Shown here: positions 45,718-54,211 of the stretch, in pieces | Layout: each line of letters begins with the position of its first letter | How positions within the stretch are numbered: the stretch's first letter is position 1 | Origin: an uncultured Actinomycetota bacterium | Lineage (GTDB): Bacteria > Actinomycetota > Actinomycetes > Propionibacteriales > Nocardioidaceae | DNA: 64,000 nucleotides | Direction of reading: 5' to 3' | Assembly (NCBI GenBank): GCA_963785115.1 | Contig: CAWATY010000007.1 | Span: 192,408-256,407, forward strand | Translations under genes and position numbers: made by a program | Notes under the pieces: model-generated | Seen by the model: only the letters and a program-made list of their open reading frames with translations | The model's database searches: none | What the model was told of the DNA's origin: nothing

Positions 45718-47232
45718 GTGCCCACGGATGACGCGGCATCGGGTACCGGCGGCCCGCCCGGTACACCGACACCGCGCCCACGTCAGGCCCAAGGCAGCAT
45801 CCACACGTTCCTGATCGCCGACATTCGGGGATACACCACGTACACCCAGGAGCGTGGCGACGAGGCCGCTGCGTTGTTGGCAACAACCTTTGCTGCGTCG
45901 GTCGAAGACGTCGTATCCGCGTTCGACGGCCTGCTCCTCGAACTGCGTGGTGACGAGGCCCTGGTCGTCTTTACGTCGGCACGTCAGGCCATCCGCGCAG
46001 CGGTTGCGCTGCAGGAACGATTCGCTCGCGACACCGGCGACGATCCTGACGTTCCTGTGGGTATCGGCATTGATGCTGGCGAAGCGGTTGCGGTGCGCGG
46101 TGGGTTCCGTGGAGCGGCGCTCAACATGGCCGCTCGCCTCTGTGGGCAGGCCACGGCGGGCCAGGTGCTCGCCACGCCCGAGGTCGTTCATCTTGCGACC
46201 AAGGTTGAGGGTGTCCGCTTTCGCCCGCAGGGACAGATGCAACTGAAGGGGTTGCGTGATCCTGTCGATGTCGTCGTCGTCGAGGCCGATGAACCTCACG
46301 CAGTCGGTGCCTCGTCTCGGCGTGCACCCCTGTTCAATCTTTTCGCCGCCGCGGGCAGGCCTTCACGGTTGCGCAATCCCCAGGGGCACCGTCGCGGCTG
46401 GCCACTTCCGGTGACGATCATCAGTGGCGCGCTGGTGGTCTTGACGGCACTGCTGTGGGGACCTTGGCTCCCGCCCGCCGAAGAGGGCTCGACAACGGGC
46501 CCTCCGGAAGGGTCGGCACACGATGCGTTGCGGGCCGTTCTGCTGTTCAACGATGAGTTCCCGTGGCCGGTCAATCCCTTCGGTCACGTGTACATGTTCT
46601 CGTCGGAGGGTGGCGTCCGGCCGCAGGACTATCCCCCCGCGGGCAACACGGGCGGTGCGCGTCCGACCTTCCGGTACTGGGAGGGGAACCACGGCGGCGT
46701 GCCGTTGGTGCAGCAAACGGTGCGCCTCGAGCTCGAAGGTCTCACCGATGAGCCTGTGCTGGTCACCCGCATCGATCTTGATGTGGTGGAAGAGGGGCCG
46801 CCGCTGTCCGGGTGGTTCGTTGCGCCTGACGCTGGCAGCGGCGCCACCGTGCGCTACTTCGAGGCAAATCTGGATTGTGCCCAGCCGATCCTTGTGCCGA
46901 TGGGCGGGAACCTGGCGGCGCGGAAAGACCCCACCACGGCGTTGGACCTCCAAGTGAGCCAGCTGGACAAGGAACAGCTCGAGATCACTGCCTACAGCCC
47001 GCGCAGGTACGTTCGTTGGGCGCTGAACATCACGTACGTCTTCGATGGCGACGTGCACACCTTGGTCGTCAAGGACCCACGCCTGGAGGTGACTGCGCCA
47101 AGCCCGGCGAACCGTGCGTTTGCGGCTCCGATCAAGGAAGGCGCGCTCGTTCGGGTCCCGTATGCGGATCCGACGGCTGCGGACATGGCCGATGGGCAGC
47201 GGTATGCAGCGTCTCTGTGCGCGTCGGGGTGA
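45718..47232 (+). CDS. class III adenylate/guanylate cyclase domain, one TM segment, ~270-aa unassigned extracytoplasmic domain
   Basis: The GTG at 45718 is tentative. TFLIADIRGYTTYTQERGDEAAA...LELRGDEALVVF...GIGIDAGEAV...GAALNMAARL is the cyclase core. TM segment WPLPVTIISGALVVLTALLWGPW. Confidence 0.78.
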   Translation: MPTDDAASGTGGPPGTPTPRPRQAQGSIHTFLIADIRGYTTYTQERGDEAAALLATTFAASVEDVVSAFDGLLLELRGDEALVVFTSARQAIRAAVALQERFARDTGDDPDVPVGIGIDAGEAVAVRGGFRGAALNMAARLCGQATAGQVLATPEVVHLATKVEGVRFRPQGQMQLKGLRDPVDVVVVEADEPHAVGASSRRAPLFNLFAAAGRPSRLRNPQGHRRGWPLPVTIISGALVVLTALLWGPWLPPAEEGSTTGPPEGSAHDALRAVLLFNDEFPWPVNPFGHVYMFSSEGGVRPQDYPPAGNTGGARPTFRYWEGNHGGVPLVQQTVRLELEGLTDEPVLVTRIDLDVVEEGPPLSGWFVAPDAGSGATVRYFEANLDCAQPILVPMGGNLAARKDPTTALDLQVSQLDKEQLEITAYSPRRYVRWALNITYVFDGDVHTLVVKDPRLEVTAPSPANRAFAAPIKEGALVRVPYADPTAADMADGQRYAASLCASG

Positions 47233-47284
47233 CCAAGCGGTTAACCCGACCGCCGTCAATTGCCGACGTCGGTTCGTAGCCTCG

Positions 47285-47356
47285 AGCCGGCGGGGGACTC
47301 GAACCCCCAACCTCCTGTTTACAAGACAGGTGCGCTGCCAGTTGCGCCACGCCGGC
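47285..47356 (-). tRNA. tRNA-Thr (anticodon UGU)
   Basis: Minus strand: GCCGGCG-TG-GCGC-AACTGGCA-GCGC-A-CCTGT-CTTGTAA-ACAGG-AGGTT-GGGGG-TTCGAGT-CCCCC-CGCCGGC-T. All four stems pair perfectly. CCA is not encoded. Confidence 0.92.
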
Positions 47357-47385
47357 GGATGGTCGGAACTGTAGTTGGCGGCCCG

Positions 47386-49157
47386 TCAGGGGTCGCCGAG
47401 GCCGGCGAGCTGGGCGGTGAGGGTGTCGATCTCGTCGTCGGGGTGTGGTGGCGCCGGCTGGTGCGGCAGGTCGCGGAGCCAGGTGAGCCATTCGGTGTCG
47501 ACGAGTGTGGTCGGTGGGGTCGGAGCCCGGGCCGAGGGCTGGTGGCGGCCTGCTGGTGTGGGTGGTGTTGTTGGGCAGGGTCCAGTCGATGTCGGGGGCG
47601 TTGGTCCGGTAGCTGTCGATGCCGTCGCCCCAGGGCCGGTCCGGTTTGGTCTTTGCGTGCACGCGGGGGTGGTCCTTGAGGGTGTGGCTGCGCCTGGACA
47701 GGCCTTGGCCGTTGTGGGCGGCGGTGGGTCCGCCGTGGTGGTGGTCGTGGATGTGGTCGATGTCGGCGATGGTGTCGCCGGTGAGCCGGTCGGTGTGGTC
47801 GCGCCAGGTGGTGAACTGGCGCAGCGTGCCGGTGAACCGCCTTGCGGTGGAGTCCATCTGCACCAGCCGGCCGTCGGTCGGGTCGCAGAACAACCGGCGC
47901 AGGCTGGTGGTCGCCCCGGTGCTCTGCGCGGTGGTGACGATGTCGGTGAGGGTGTCGGCGTCGATCGCGCCGTAGCCGCGGAGCAGGCCGGGTTCGCGGT
48001 CCAGACCGAGCCAGGTCGCCAACGAGACGACGACCTGCACCTCGACGTCGACCGGCACCCGCGGTGCAGCGGGGACTGTCGGCCGGTCTCAGGTTCGGCG
48101 GCGTCGGGGTCCAGCTGGCCGCGGTGTCAGGTGTGCGGGGTAGCTGTCCCAGCAGTCCTGCTCCGGCGCCGGGTCGGGGTCGGTCACCGCGGCAGCCGGC
48201 GGCGGCTCGTTGGCCACCCAGGGCTCGAGCCCGTTGGTCGACCGCCAGTCCGGCACCGCCGAGGTGTCCTCGGACAGGCTGCCTGGTCGGTCTGCTCGGC
48301 CGGCTGCTCGGCCGGCTGTCGCGTCGGCTCGGCCGGCTGCTCGGCCGGCTGCTCTGTCGGTGGTGATCGGCGGCTTTGCCGAGGAGGAGTTCGCAGACCA
48401 GGTCGGCGCGCAGGGTGTTCAGCGGTCGGGGGTCGCCGGCGGCGCGCATGCCGCGGCTGGTGCGGTCGATGCGGGTGTAGATCGCCAGTGCTTCCTCGGC
48501 CCGCAGGCTGGCCCACACGGTCGCGGTGCCCTGCCACGGGTCGGACAGCCGCACGTCCCGGGTGGCCCGGGCACGGGCGGCACGTTTCGCGGCAGCGTCG
48601 GGGTCGATCTCCAACACACGGCGGTCGGCGGCCTTGGCCAGCTCACCGGGCGTCATCCGCCGGCGGCGGGCCTCGGCGCAGACCAGCTCGTCGACCCGCC
48701 GCTGCTGGCCGGGTTCCAGCACCCTGGTGGTCTCGATCACCCGGTTCAGCCCGGCCATCGACACCCGGCCGGTGCCGACCAGCTCCAACAACCGCGGATG
48801 CGACTCGACCGCGGTGGCCGCGTTCTCCACCCTCGTCCGCGCCGTCATCGTCGCCACCCCGAGAGCCTTGGACACCTCGACCGGCACCGACCGGCCGGCC
48901 ATGTCCCCGGACAGCCCGATCTCGGCGTCCTCGGCCACCCGCAGCGCCTTCAACGCCGCCAGCTCCCGCACCTGTGCCGCCTGTGCCGCCTGGGACAGCC
49001 GCTCGAGTGCGCCGATCCGGTCCGTGATTGCGACATCGTCGGAGTCGCTGGCGGAGGTGATGTTCGAGGGGTCGCCGATCAGCGCGGCCAGTGCCGACCG
49101 GTCGCACCCGGTGGCCTCCGCGAAGGCTCTCAACGACTGTTTCGAACATACGTTCAT
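47386..49157 (-). pseudogene. DUF222 / HNH endonuclease-family gene, copy 2, decayed (at least three frame disruptions)
   Basis: Highly similar to copy 1 at protein level (VPVEVSKALGVATMTARTRVENAATAVESHPRLLELVGTGRVS; IDHIHDHHHGGPTAAHNGQGLSRRSHTLKDH). The N-terminal, middle and tail parts lie in three different frames. Relative to copy 1 there is a 1-nt insertion at ~47504, and the 48.06-48.40 kb linker is scrambled. Confidence 0.85.
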
Positions 49158-49202
49158 CCTAGCACCTCCGACGGACAGTGGCGAGGACTTTCCCCAACCA
49201 GG

Positions 49203-49218
49203 CTTGACGAAAGTCAAG
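49203..49218. promoter_or_regulatory. palindrome CTTGAC-GAAA-GTCAAG in the leader of DUF222/HNH copy 2
   Basis: Identical 16-mer to 19807-19822, within a ~100-bp conserved leader. Confidence 0.5.
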
Positions 49219-49332
49219 AAAGTCTCGGGTCGTCCACGATCGAGCTGAGGCCGAATGCTGCCTGAGCGCACCCTCCCTCCATCGTCGCGGCCGCAGTCAG
49301 CCTCACCACCACCCACCGTGCACAATCGACCC

Positions 49333-49689
49333 ATGACCCACGCCCGCTCGCTCTGGTCCTGGCGCTCGAGGAACTCCGTGCTCTCGATCGCCTCGGATGG
49401 CTCGGTCCTGTCCATCGGCAGCATCGGCTCGGCGGCGTCGATCGGCAGCGTCGGCTCGTTCGCCTCCATCGGCAGCGTCGGCTCCTTCGCCTCGATGCTC
49501 TCGGTGATGTCGTCGATGTCGAACGGGTCGGTCATGTCGCACCAGGCCAACCGCTCGCTGCTCTCCCACCAGTCCGATGGCGCGATGATGGCCACCCGCG
49601 AGGACGGCGACGGCCGCCCTGTCGTCCTTACCCTGGCGATCCTCGCCATGACCGCGGGCGTCGTCGTCTGGTCCCGCCGCCGCGGATAG
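49333..49689 (+). CDS. Ser-rich nonapeptide-repeat protein with C-terminal transmembrane anchor (hypothetical)
   Basis: ATG at 49333. Eight consecutive 9-residue units: SVLSIASDG SVLSIGSIG SAASIGSVG SFASIGSVG SFASMLSVM SSMSNGSVM SHQANRSLL SHQSDGAMM. Then VVLTLAILAMTAGVVVW-SRRRG. An antisense ORF is also open, so the strand call rests on the repeat and TM logic. Confidence 0.5.
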   Translation: MTHARSLWSWRSRNSVLSIASDGSVLSIGSIGSAASIGSVGSFASIGSVGSFASMLSVMSSMSNGSVMSHQANRSLLSHQSDGAMMATREDGDGRPVVLTLAILAMTAGVVVWSRRRG

Positions 49690-49715
49690 CCGCAACCACG
49701 AGAGGAGGCCAGCAC

Positions 49716-50342
49716 ATGGGCTGGTGGGGTGACCGGGTCCTCCCCCGCATGACCGACCGCGTGCTCGGTGACGAGGCGATCGCGAAGGTGCGCGCCGAGG
49801 TGTGCAGCGGCCTGCACGGCGAGGTCGTCGAGATCGGATTCGGCTCGGGGCTGAACGCGCCGCACTACCCCGCGTCGGTGACCTCGGTGACCGCGATCGA
49901 GCCGTCGGAGCTCGCCTGGGAGATCGCCCAGCCGCGCATCACCGCCACCCACGCCGACGTACGCCGCGGCGGTCTCGACGGCCAACGGCTCGACCTCCCC
50001 GACGAGAGCGTCGACTCGGCGCTGTCCACGTTCACCATGTGCACCGTGCCCGATCTCGACCTGGTGCTGCGCGAGGTCACCCGGGTGCTGCGACCCGGCG
50101 GTCGCCTGCACTTCCTCGAGCACGGTCGAGCGGACGAGCCGCGGGTGGCGCGCTGGCAACGGCGGGTACGCCCGCTCAACCGGCGGTTGATGGGCGGCTG
50201 CATCATCGACCGGCAGATCGACGCGTACCTCGATCGCAGCCGCCTGAGTCTCGAGCATCTCGAGACCGGATACGGCGAGGGCCCGAAGGTGGCGGCGTTC
50301 CGCTATCTCGGCACCGCGGTCAAGCCGGCCGCGCCCGCATAA
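49716..50342 (+). CDS. class I SAM-dependent methyltransferase
   Basis: VVEIGFGSGLN is motif I, followed by VLRPGGRLHFLEHG. Confidence 0.85.
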   Translation: MGWWGDRVLPRMTDRVLGDEAIAKVRAEVCSGLHGEVVEIGFGSGLNAPHYPASVTSVTAIEPSELAWEIAQPRITATHADVRRGGLDGQRLDLPDESVDSALSTFTMCTVPDLDLVLREVTRVLRPGGRLHFLEHGRADEPRVARWQRRVRPLNRRLMGGCIIDRQIDAYLDRSRLSLEHLETGYGEGPKVAAFRYLGTAVKPAAPA

Positions 50343-50374
50343 CCCTTGTACGGCGGGCCGGTCATACTGACGGC

Positions 50375-51577
50375 GTGGCGGCGTCGATTCCTTCTCCCGT
50401 CCGCGACGCCGGCCTCCCCGATCGTTTCCGCCTGGACAACCTGACCGTCCACGTCGACCCGCCGCTGGCCGTGGTCGACCTGCCGGCATTCGACGCCAAT
50501 GCCGACGATCTCGTCCGCCGCGCTGACGGTACGCCGATCCGCGTTGCCACCAAGTCGGTGCGCTGCCGCACCCTGATCGACCGGGCACTGTCCCGACCCG
50601 GCTTCCGCGGCCTGATGACCTACTCGCTCGCCGAGGCCGTGCGGCTGGTCGACTCCGGCCACGACGACGTGCTGATGGCGTACCCGACAGCCGACCGTGG
50701 CGCGATCGAGGCCCTCCTCGCCGACGAGCGCCGGACCGCCGCGATCAGGCTGATGGTCGACTCCACCGAGCAGCTCGACCTGCTTGACGCTGTCGTCGGT
50801 CCCGACCACCGTCCGCCCGTGCGCGTCTGCGTCGACGTCGACACCTCGCTGCGGGTCGGCCGGGCCTGGCTCGGCGCCCGCCGTTCGCCCCTGCGCAGCC
50901 CGGCCGAGGTGGCCGCCGCAGTGGGCGCGCTCGCCGCGCGGCGGGGCGTACAGGTCGTCGGGCTGATGACGTACGAGGCGCAGATCGCCGGGCTGCCGGA
51001 CACCTCGCCGGCGGTCCGCGCGGTGAAACGGGCATCGCTGCGCGAGCTCGGTGCGCGCAGAGCCGCCATTCTGAGTGCCGTACGCGACGTCGCCGACATC
51101 GAGCTCGTCAACGCCGGCGGCACCGGCTCGCTCGAGACCAGCGCCGCCGACCCCGGGGTCACCGAGGTCACCGCCGGCTCGGGACTCTTCGGACCCGCGC
51201 TGTTCACCGGCTACGACACGTTCTCGCCGCGCGCAGCCGCGTTGTTCGCCCTGCCGGTGGTGCGCCGCCCGTCCGCCGACGTCGCGACCTGCCTGTCGGG
51301 CGGCTACGTCGCGTCCGGCCCGGCGGGAGCCGACCGGCTCCCCCGACCGGTGCTCCCCACCGGCCTGCGACTGATCAGCGGCGAGGGCGCGGGTGAGGTG
51401 CAGACCCCCGTTCGTGGCGCGGCGGCGCGGCACCTGCGGATCGGCGACCGGGTGTGGTTCCGGCACGCCAAGGCCGGCGAGATGTGCGAGCGGTTCGACC
51501 GGCTGCACCTGCTGGAGGCCGACCGCCTCGCCGGCGACGTCGCGACCTACCGCGGCGAGGGCTGGAACTTCGGGTGA
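50375..51577 (+). CDS. alanine racemase-fold (type III PLP) amino acid deaminase/aldolase-like enzyme
   Basis: PLAVVDLPAFDANADDL...IRVATKSVRC...GLMTYEAQIAG...VNAGGTGS. The GTG at 50375 is a tentative start. Confidence 0.7.
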   Translation: MAASIPSPVRDAGLPDRFRLDNLTVHVDPPLAVVDLPAFDANADDLVRRADGTPIRVATKSVRCRTLIDRALSRPGFRGLMTYSLAEAVRLVDSGHDDVLMAYPTADRGAIEALLADERRTAAIRLMVDSTEQLDLLDAVVGPDHRPPVRVCVDVDTSLRVGRAWLGARRSPLRSPAEVAAAVGALAARRGVQVVGLMTYEAQIAGLPDTSPAVRAVKRASLRELGARRAAILSAVRDVADIELVNAGGTGSLETSAADPGVTEVTAGSGLFGPALFTGYDTFSPRAAALFALPVVRRPSADVATCLSGGYVASGPAGADRLPRPVLPTGLRLISGEGAGEVQTPVRGAAARHLRIGDRVWFRHAKAGEMCERFDRLHLLEADRLAGDVATYRGEGWNFG

Positions 51578-52803
51578 GTGCCACCGCCCTCCCGACCGCC
51601 CTGGTGTCGCGCGGGTGGATCGGGCTGCTGACGCTGGCCAACCTGGGGCTCTGGATGGCGCTGTTCACCCCCGTGCAGGTGCTGCTGCCCGACCAGATGG
51701 AGAGCATCGACGACGCGCACAAGGTCACGGCGCTCGCGGTGGTCTCCAGCGTCGGCGGCGCGATCGCCCTGGTGGCCGCCCCGCTCGCGGGCGCGCTCTC
51801 GGACCGGACCGCGTCGCGACGCGGGCGCCGGCACCCGTGGACACTGGGCGGCTCCCTCATCACCGCGCTCGCGCTGGTGGCCCTGGCCGAGCAGCACACC
51901 GTCGCCGGGGCTGCCCTCTGCTGGGGCCTCGCCCAGCTGGGCATGAGCATCGTGCTCGCCACGCTCACCGCGGCCGTCCCCGACCACGTCCCGGTGGAGC
52001 AGCGCGGCACGGTGTCGGGCTGGGTCGGCGTGCCGCAGTGCATCGGGGTGGTGGTCGGCACCGTCCTGGTCACGACCGCGTTCACCGGGCAGCGCGCCGG
52101 GTACGCCGTCGTCGCGGTGGCGATGGTGGTGCTGGTGCTGCCGTTCGTGCTGCGTACCGACGACCCCGCCCACCCCGACGCCGCGGCCACTGCCCCGCCG
52201 TGGACCGGCTTCGCCACCGGCGGGTGGGCGGCGTTGCGGCAAAGCCCCGACCTCGCGTGGGCGCTCGGCACCCGGTTCCTGGTGATGCTCGGAAACGCGC
52301 TCGGCACCATGTACCTGCTGTACTTCCTCGACGACGAGGTCGGGGTGGCCGACCCCGAGCTGGGCCTGCTGGTGCTGGTGCTCGTCTACAGCCTCGGCGT
52401 GATCTGCTCGGCGGTGCCGGGCGGGCTGGCCAGCGACCGGGCCGGCAGGCGGCAGCCGTTCGTCGTGGCGTCGGGGGTGGTCATGGCCGCGGCCGCCGCG
52501 CTGCTCGCGGTGGTGCCCACCATGACCGCGGCCGTCGTCGCCGCGGCGCTGCTCGGCCTCGGCTACGGCCTCTACCTCGCCGTCGACTCCGCCCTGCTGA
52601 CCCAGGTGCTCCCCGACCCCGACTCCTTCGCCCGCGACCTCGGCGTGCTCAGCATCGCCGGCACCGCGCCGCTCGTGCTCGCCCCCGTGCTCGCTGCGCT
52701 CGTCGTCAACCTGCTCGGCGGCTACCTGGTGCTCTACCTGCTCACCGCCGCCGTCACGCTGGCCGGCGGTCTGCTGGTCCGGCGGATCCGGAGCGTCCCG
52801 TGA
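51574..52803 (+). CDS. MFS transporter
   Basis: GTGA overlap. About 12 hydrophobic segments. GALSDRTASRRGRRHPW is an MFS loop 2-3 motif. Confidence 0.85.
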   Translation: MSATALPTALVSRGWIGLLTLANLGLWMALFTPVQVLLPDQMESIDDAHKVTALAVVSSVGGAIALVAAPLAGALSDRTASRRGRRHPWTLGGSLITALALVALAEQHTVAGAALCWGLAQLGMSIVLATLTAAVPDHVPVEQRGTVSGWVGVPQCIGVVVGTVLVTTAFTGQRAGYAVVAVAMVVLVLPFVLRTDDPAHPDAAATAPPWTGFATGGWAALRQSPDLAWALGTRFLVMLGNALGTMYLLYFLDDEVGVADPELGLLVLVLVYSLGVICSAVPGGLASDRAGRRQPFVVASGVVMAAAAALLAVVPTMTAAVVAAALLGLGYGLYLAVDSALLTQVLPDPDSFARDLGVLSIAGTAPLVLAPVLAALVVNLLGGYLVLYLLTAAVTLAGGLLVRRIRSVP

Positions 52804-54134
52804 CCCGCAGCAGCGCGTCGAAGCGGTGGCGCAACTGGGCAGGCACCGCCACCGCCAGCCCGGCCCGCGTAGTGCGGCCCCGCTCGGTGGATGAGCTGGC
52901 GGCAGAGGTACGGCGAGCGGCAGCCGACGGCCTGCGGGTGCGCGCGGTCGGATCGGGACACTCCTTCACCGACACCGCCGTCACCGACGGAGTCATGGTC
53001 GACATGGGCGCCCTCGACCGGCTGGTGCGGCTCGACGCAGCGACCGGACTGGTCACCGTGCAGGGCGGCGCCACCCTGCACCGGCTCAACCGAAGGCTCG
53101 CCGTCGACGGACTGGCGCTCGCCAACCTCGGCGACATCGACGCCCAGACGATCAGTGGCGCGCTCGCGACCGGCACCCACGGCACCGGCGCCCGGCTCGG
53201 CGGCCTGGCCACCCAGGTGACGGCGCTCGGTCTGGTGCTGGCCGACGGGTCGCTCGCGCGCTGCAGCGCCGAGGAGCGACCCGACCTCTTCGCCGCGGCC
53301 CGGGTCGGCCTCGGCGCGTACGGGATCGTCGCCACCGTCACGCTGCGGTGCGTCCCCGCCTTCCTGCTGCACGCCCGCGAGACGCCGATGCCGCTGGAGG
53401 AGGTGCTCGCCGACTTCGACGACCTGGCCGACGCCCACGACCACGTGGAGGCGTACTGGTTCCCGCACACCGACCGTGCCCTGCTCAAGCGCAACGACCG
53501 GGTGCCCGAAGACATCGAGCGGCAGCCGCGGTCGTGGCTGCGCGGCTTCGTCGACGACGAGGTGCTGGCCAACGGGAGCTTCGCGGCGGCGCAGTGGCTG
53601 GTGGCCCGACGACCGGCTCCGCTGGCGCCACGGCTGCAGCGGCTGGCCGCGAGCGCCTGGTCGACCAGCGAGCAGGTCGACCACTCCTACGCCGTCTTCT
53701 GCACGCCGCGGCGGGTGCGGTTCGTCGAGATGGAGTACGCCGTCCCGCGTGCCGCGCTGTCCGATGTGGTGCGCGAGCTCAAGCGGTTCGTCGACACCGA
53801 GCGGGAGCCGGTCAGCTTCCCGGTCGAGCTGCGGGTGGCGGCCGCGGACGACGTCTGGCTGTCCACCGCGCACGGCCGCGACACGGCGTACGTCGCCGTG
53901 CACCAGTCACCGCGACTCCCGCACGAGCGGTGGTTCGCGCACGCCGAGCAGGTCGCGGGCGCGGTCGGCGGTCGCCCGCACTGGGGCAAGCTGCACGGCC
54001 TCGACGCGCAGGTGCTGGCCGGTCGCTACCCGCACTTCACCGACGCGGTGACGTTGCGCCGCGAGCTCGATCCCGAGAGCCGCTTCGGCAATGCCTACCT
54101 CGACCGCGTGCTCGGACCGGTCGAGCCGGCCTGA
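52800..54134 (+). CDS. FAD-binding D-arabinono-1,4-lactone / L-gulonolactone oxidase-family oxidoreductase
   Basis: GTGA overlap. NWAGTATASPARVVRPRSVDELAAEV...VRAVGSGHSF...GTHGTG...RPHWGKLH. Confidence 0.88.
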   Translation: MTRSSASKRWRNWAGTATASPARVVRPRSVDELAAEVRRAAADGLRVRAVGSGHSFTDTAVTDGVMVDMGALDRLVRLDAATGLVTVQGGATLHRLNRRLAVDGLALANLGDIDAQTISGALATGTHGTGARLGGLATQVTALGLVLADGSLARCSAEERPDLFAAARVGLGAYGIVATVTLRCVPAFLLHARETPMPLEEVLADFDDLADAHDHVEAYWFPHTDRALLKRNDRVPEDIERQPRSWLRGFVDDEVLANGSFAAAQWLVARRPAPLAPRLQRLAASAWSTSEQVDHSYAVFCTPRRVRFVEMEYAVPRAALSDVVRELKRFVDTEREPVSFPVELRVAAADDVWLSTAHGRDTAYVAVHQSPRLPHERWFAHAEQVAGAVGGRPHWGKLHGLDAQVLAGRYPHFTDAVTLRRELDPESRFGNAYLDRVLGPVEPA

Positions 54135-54211
54135 GGTCACAGTCGGGTCTCGTCCGGACGGTCGGGGGCTGATCACGGAACCGGCGCCGGGGCCAACCCC
54201 GTCGCACCGCC

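Noticed and set aside
47285-47356. First reading of the tRNA as tRNA-Tyr (GTA)
   Set aside because: Counting the 7-nt anticodon loop CTTGTAA puts positions 34-36 at TGT. The 5-nt variable loop also excludes a bacterial class II tRNA-Tyr. The call is tRNA-Thr(UGU).
44040-47390. The islet as a bona fide integrative element or prophage remnant
   Set aside because: No integrase, excisionase or phage genes. I found no copy of the tRNA 3' end near 44.0-44.3 kb. Only the GC drop and tRNA adjacency support foreign origin, so it is reported as a hypothesis only.
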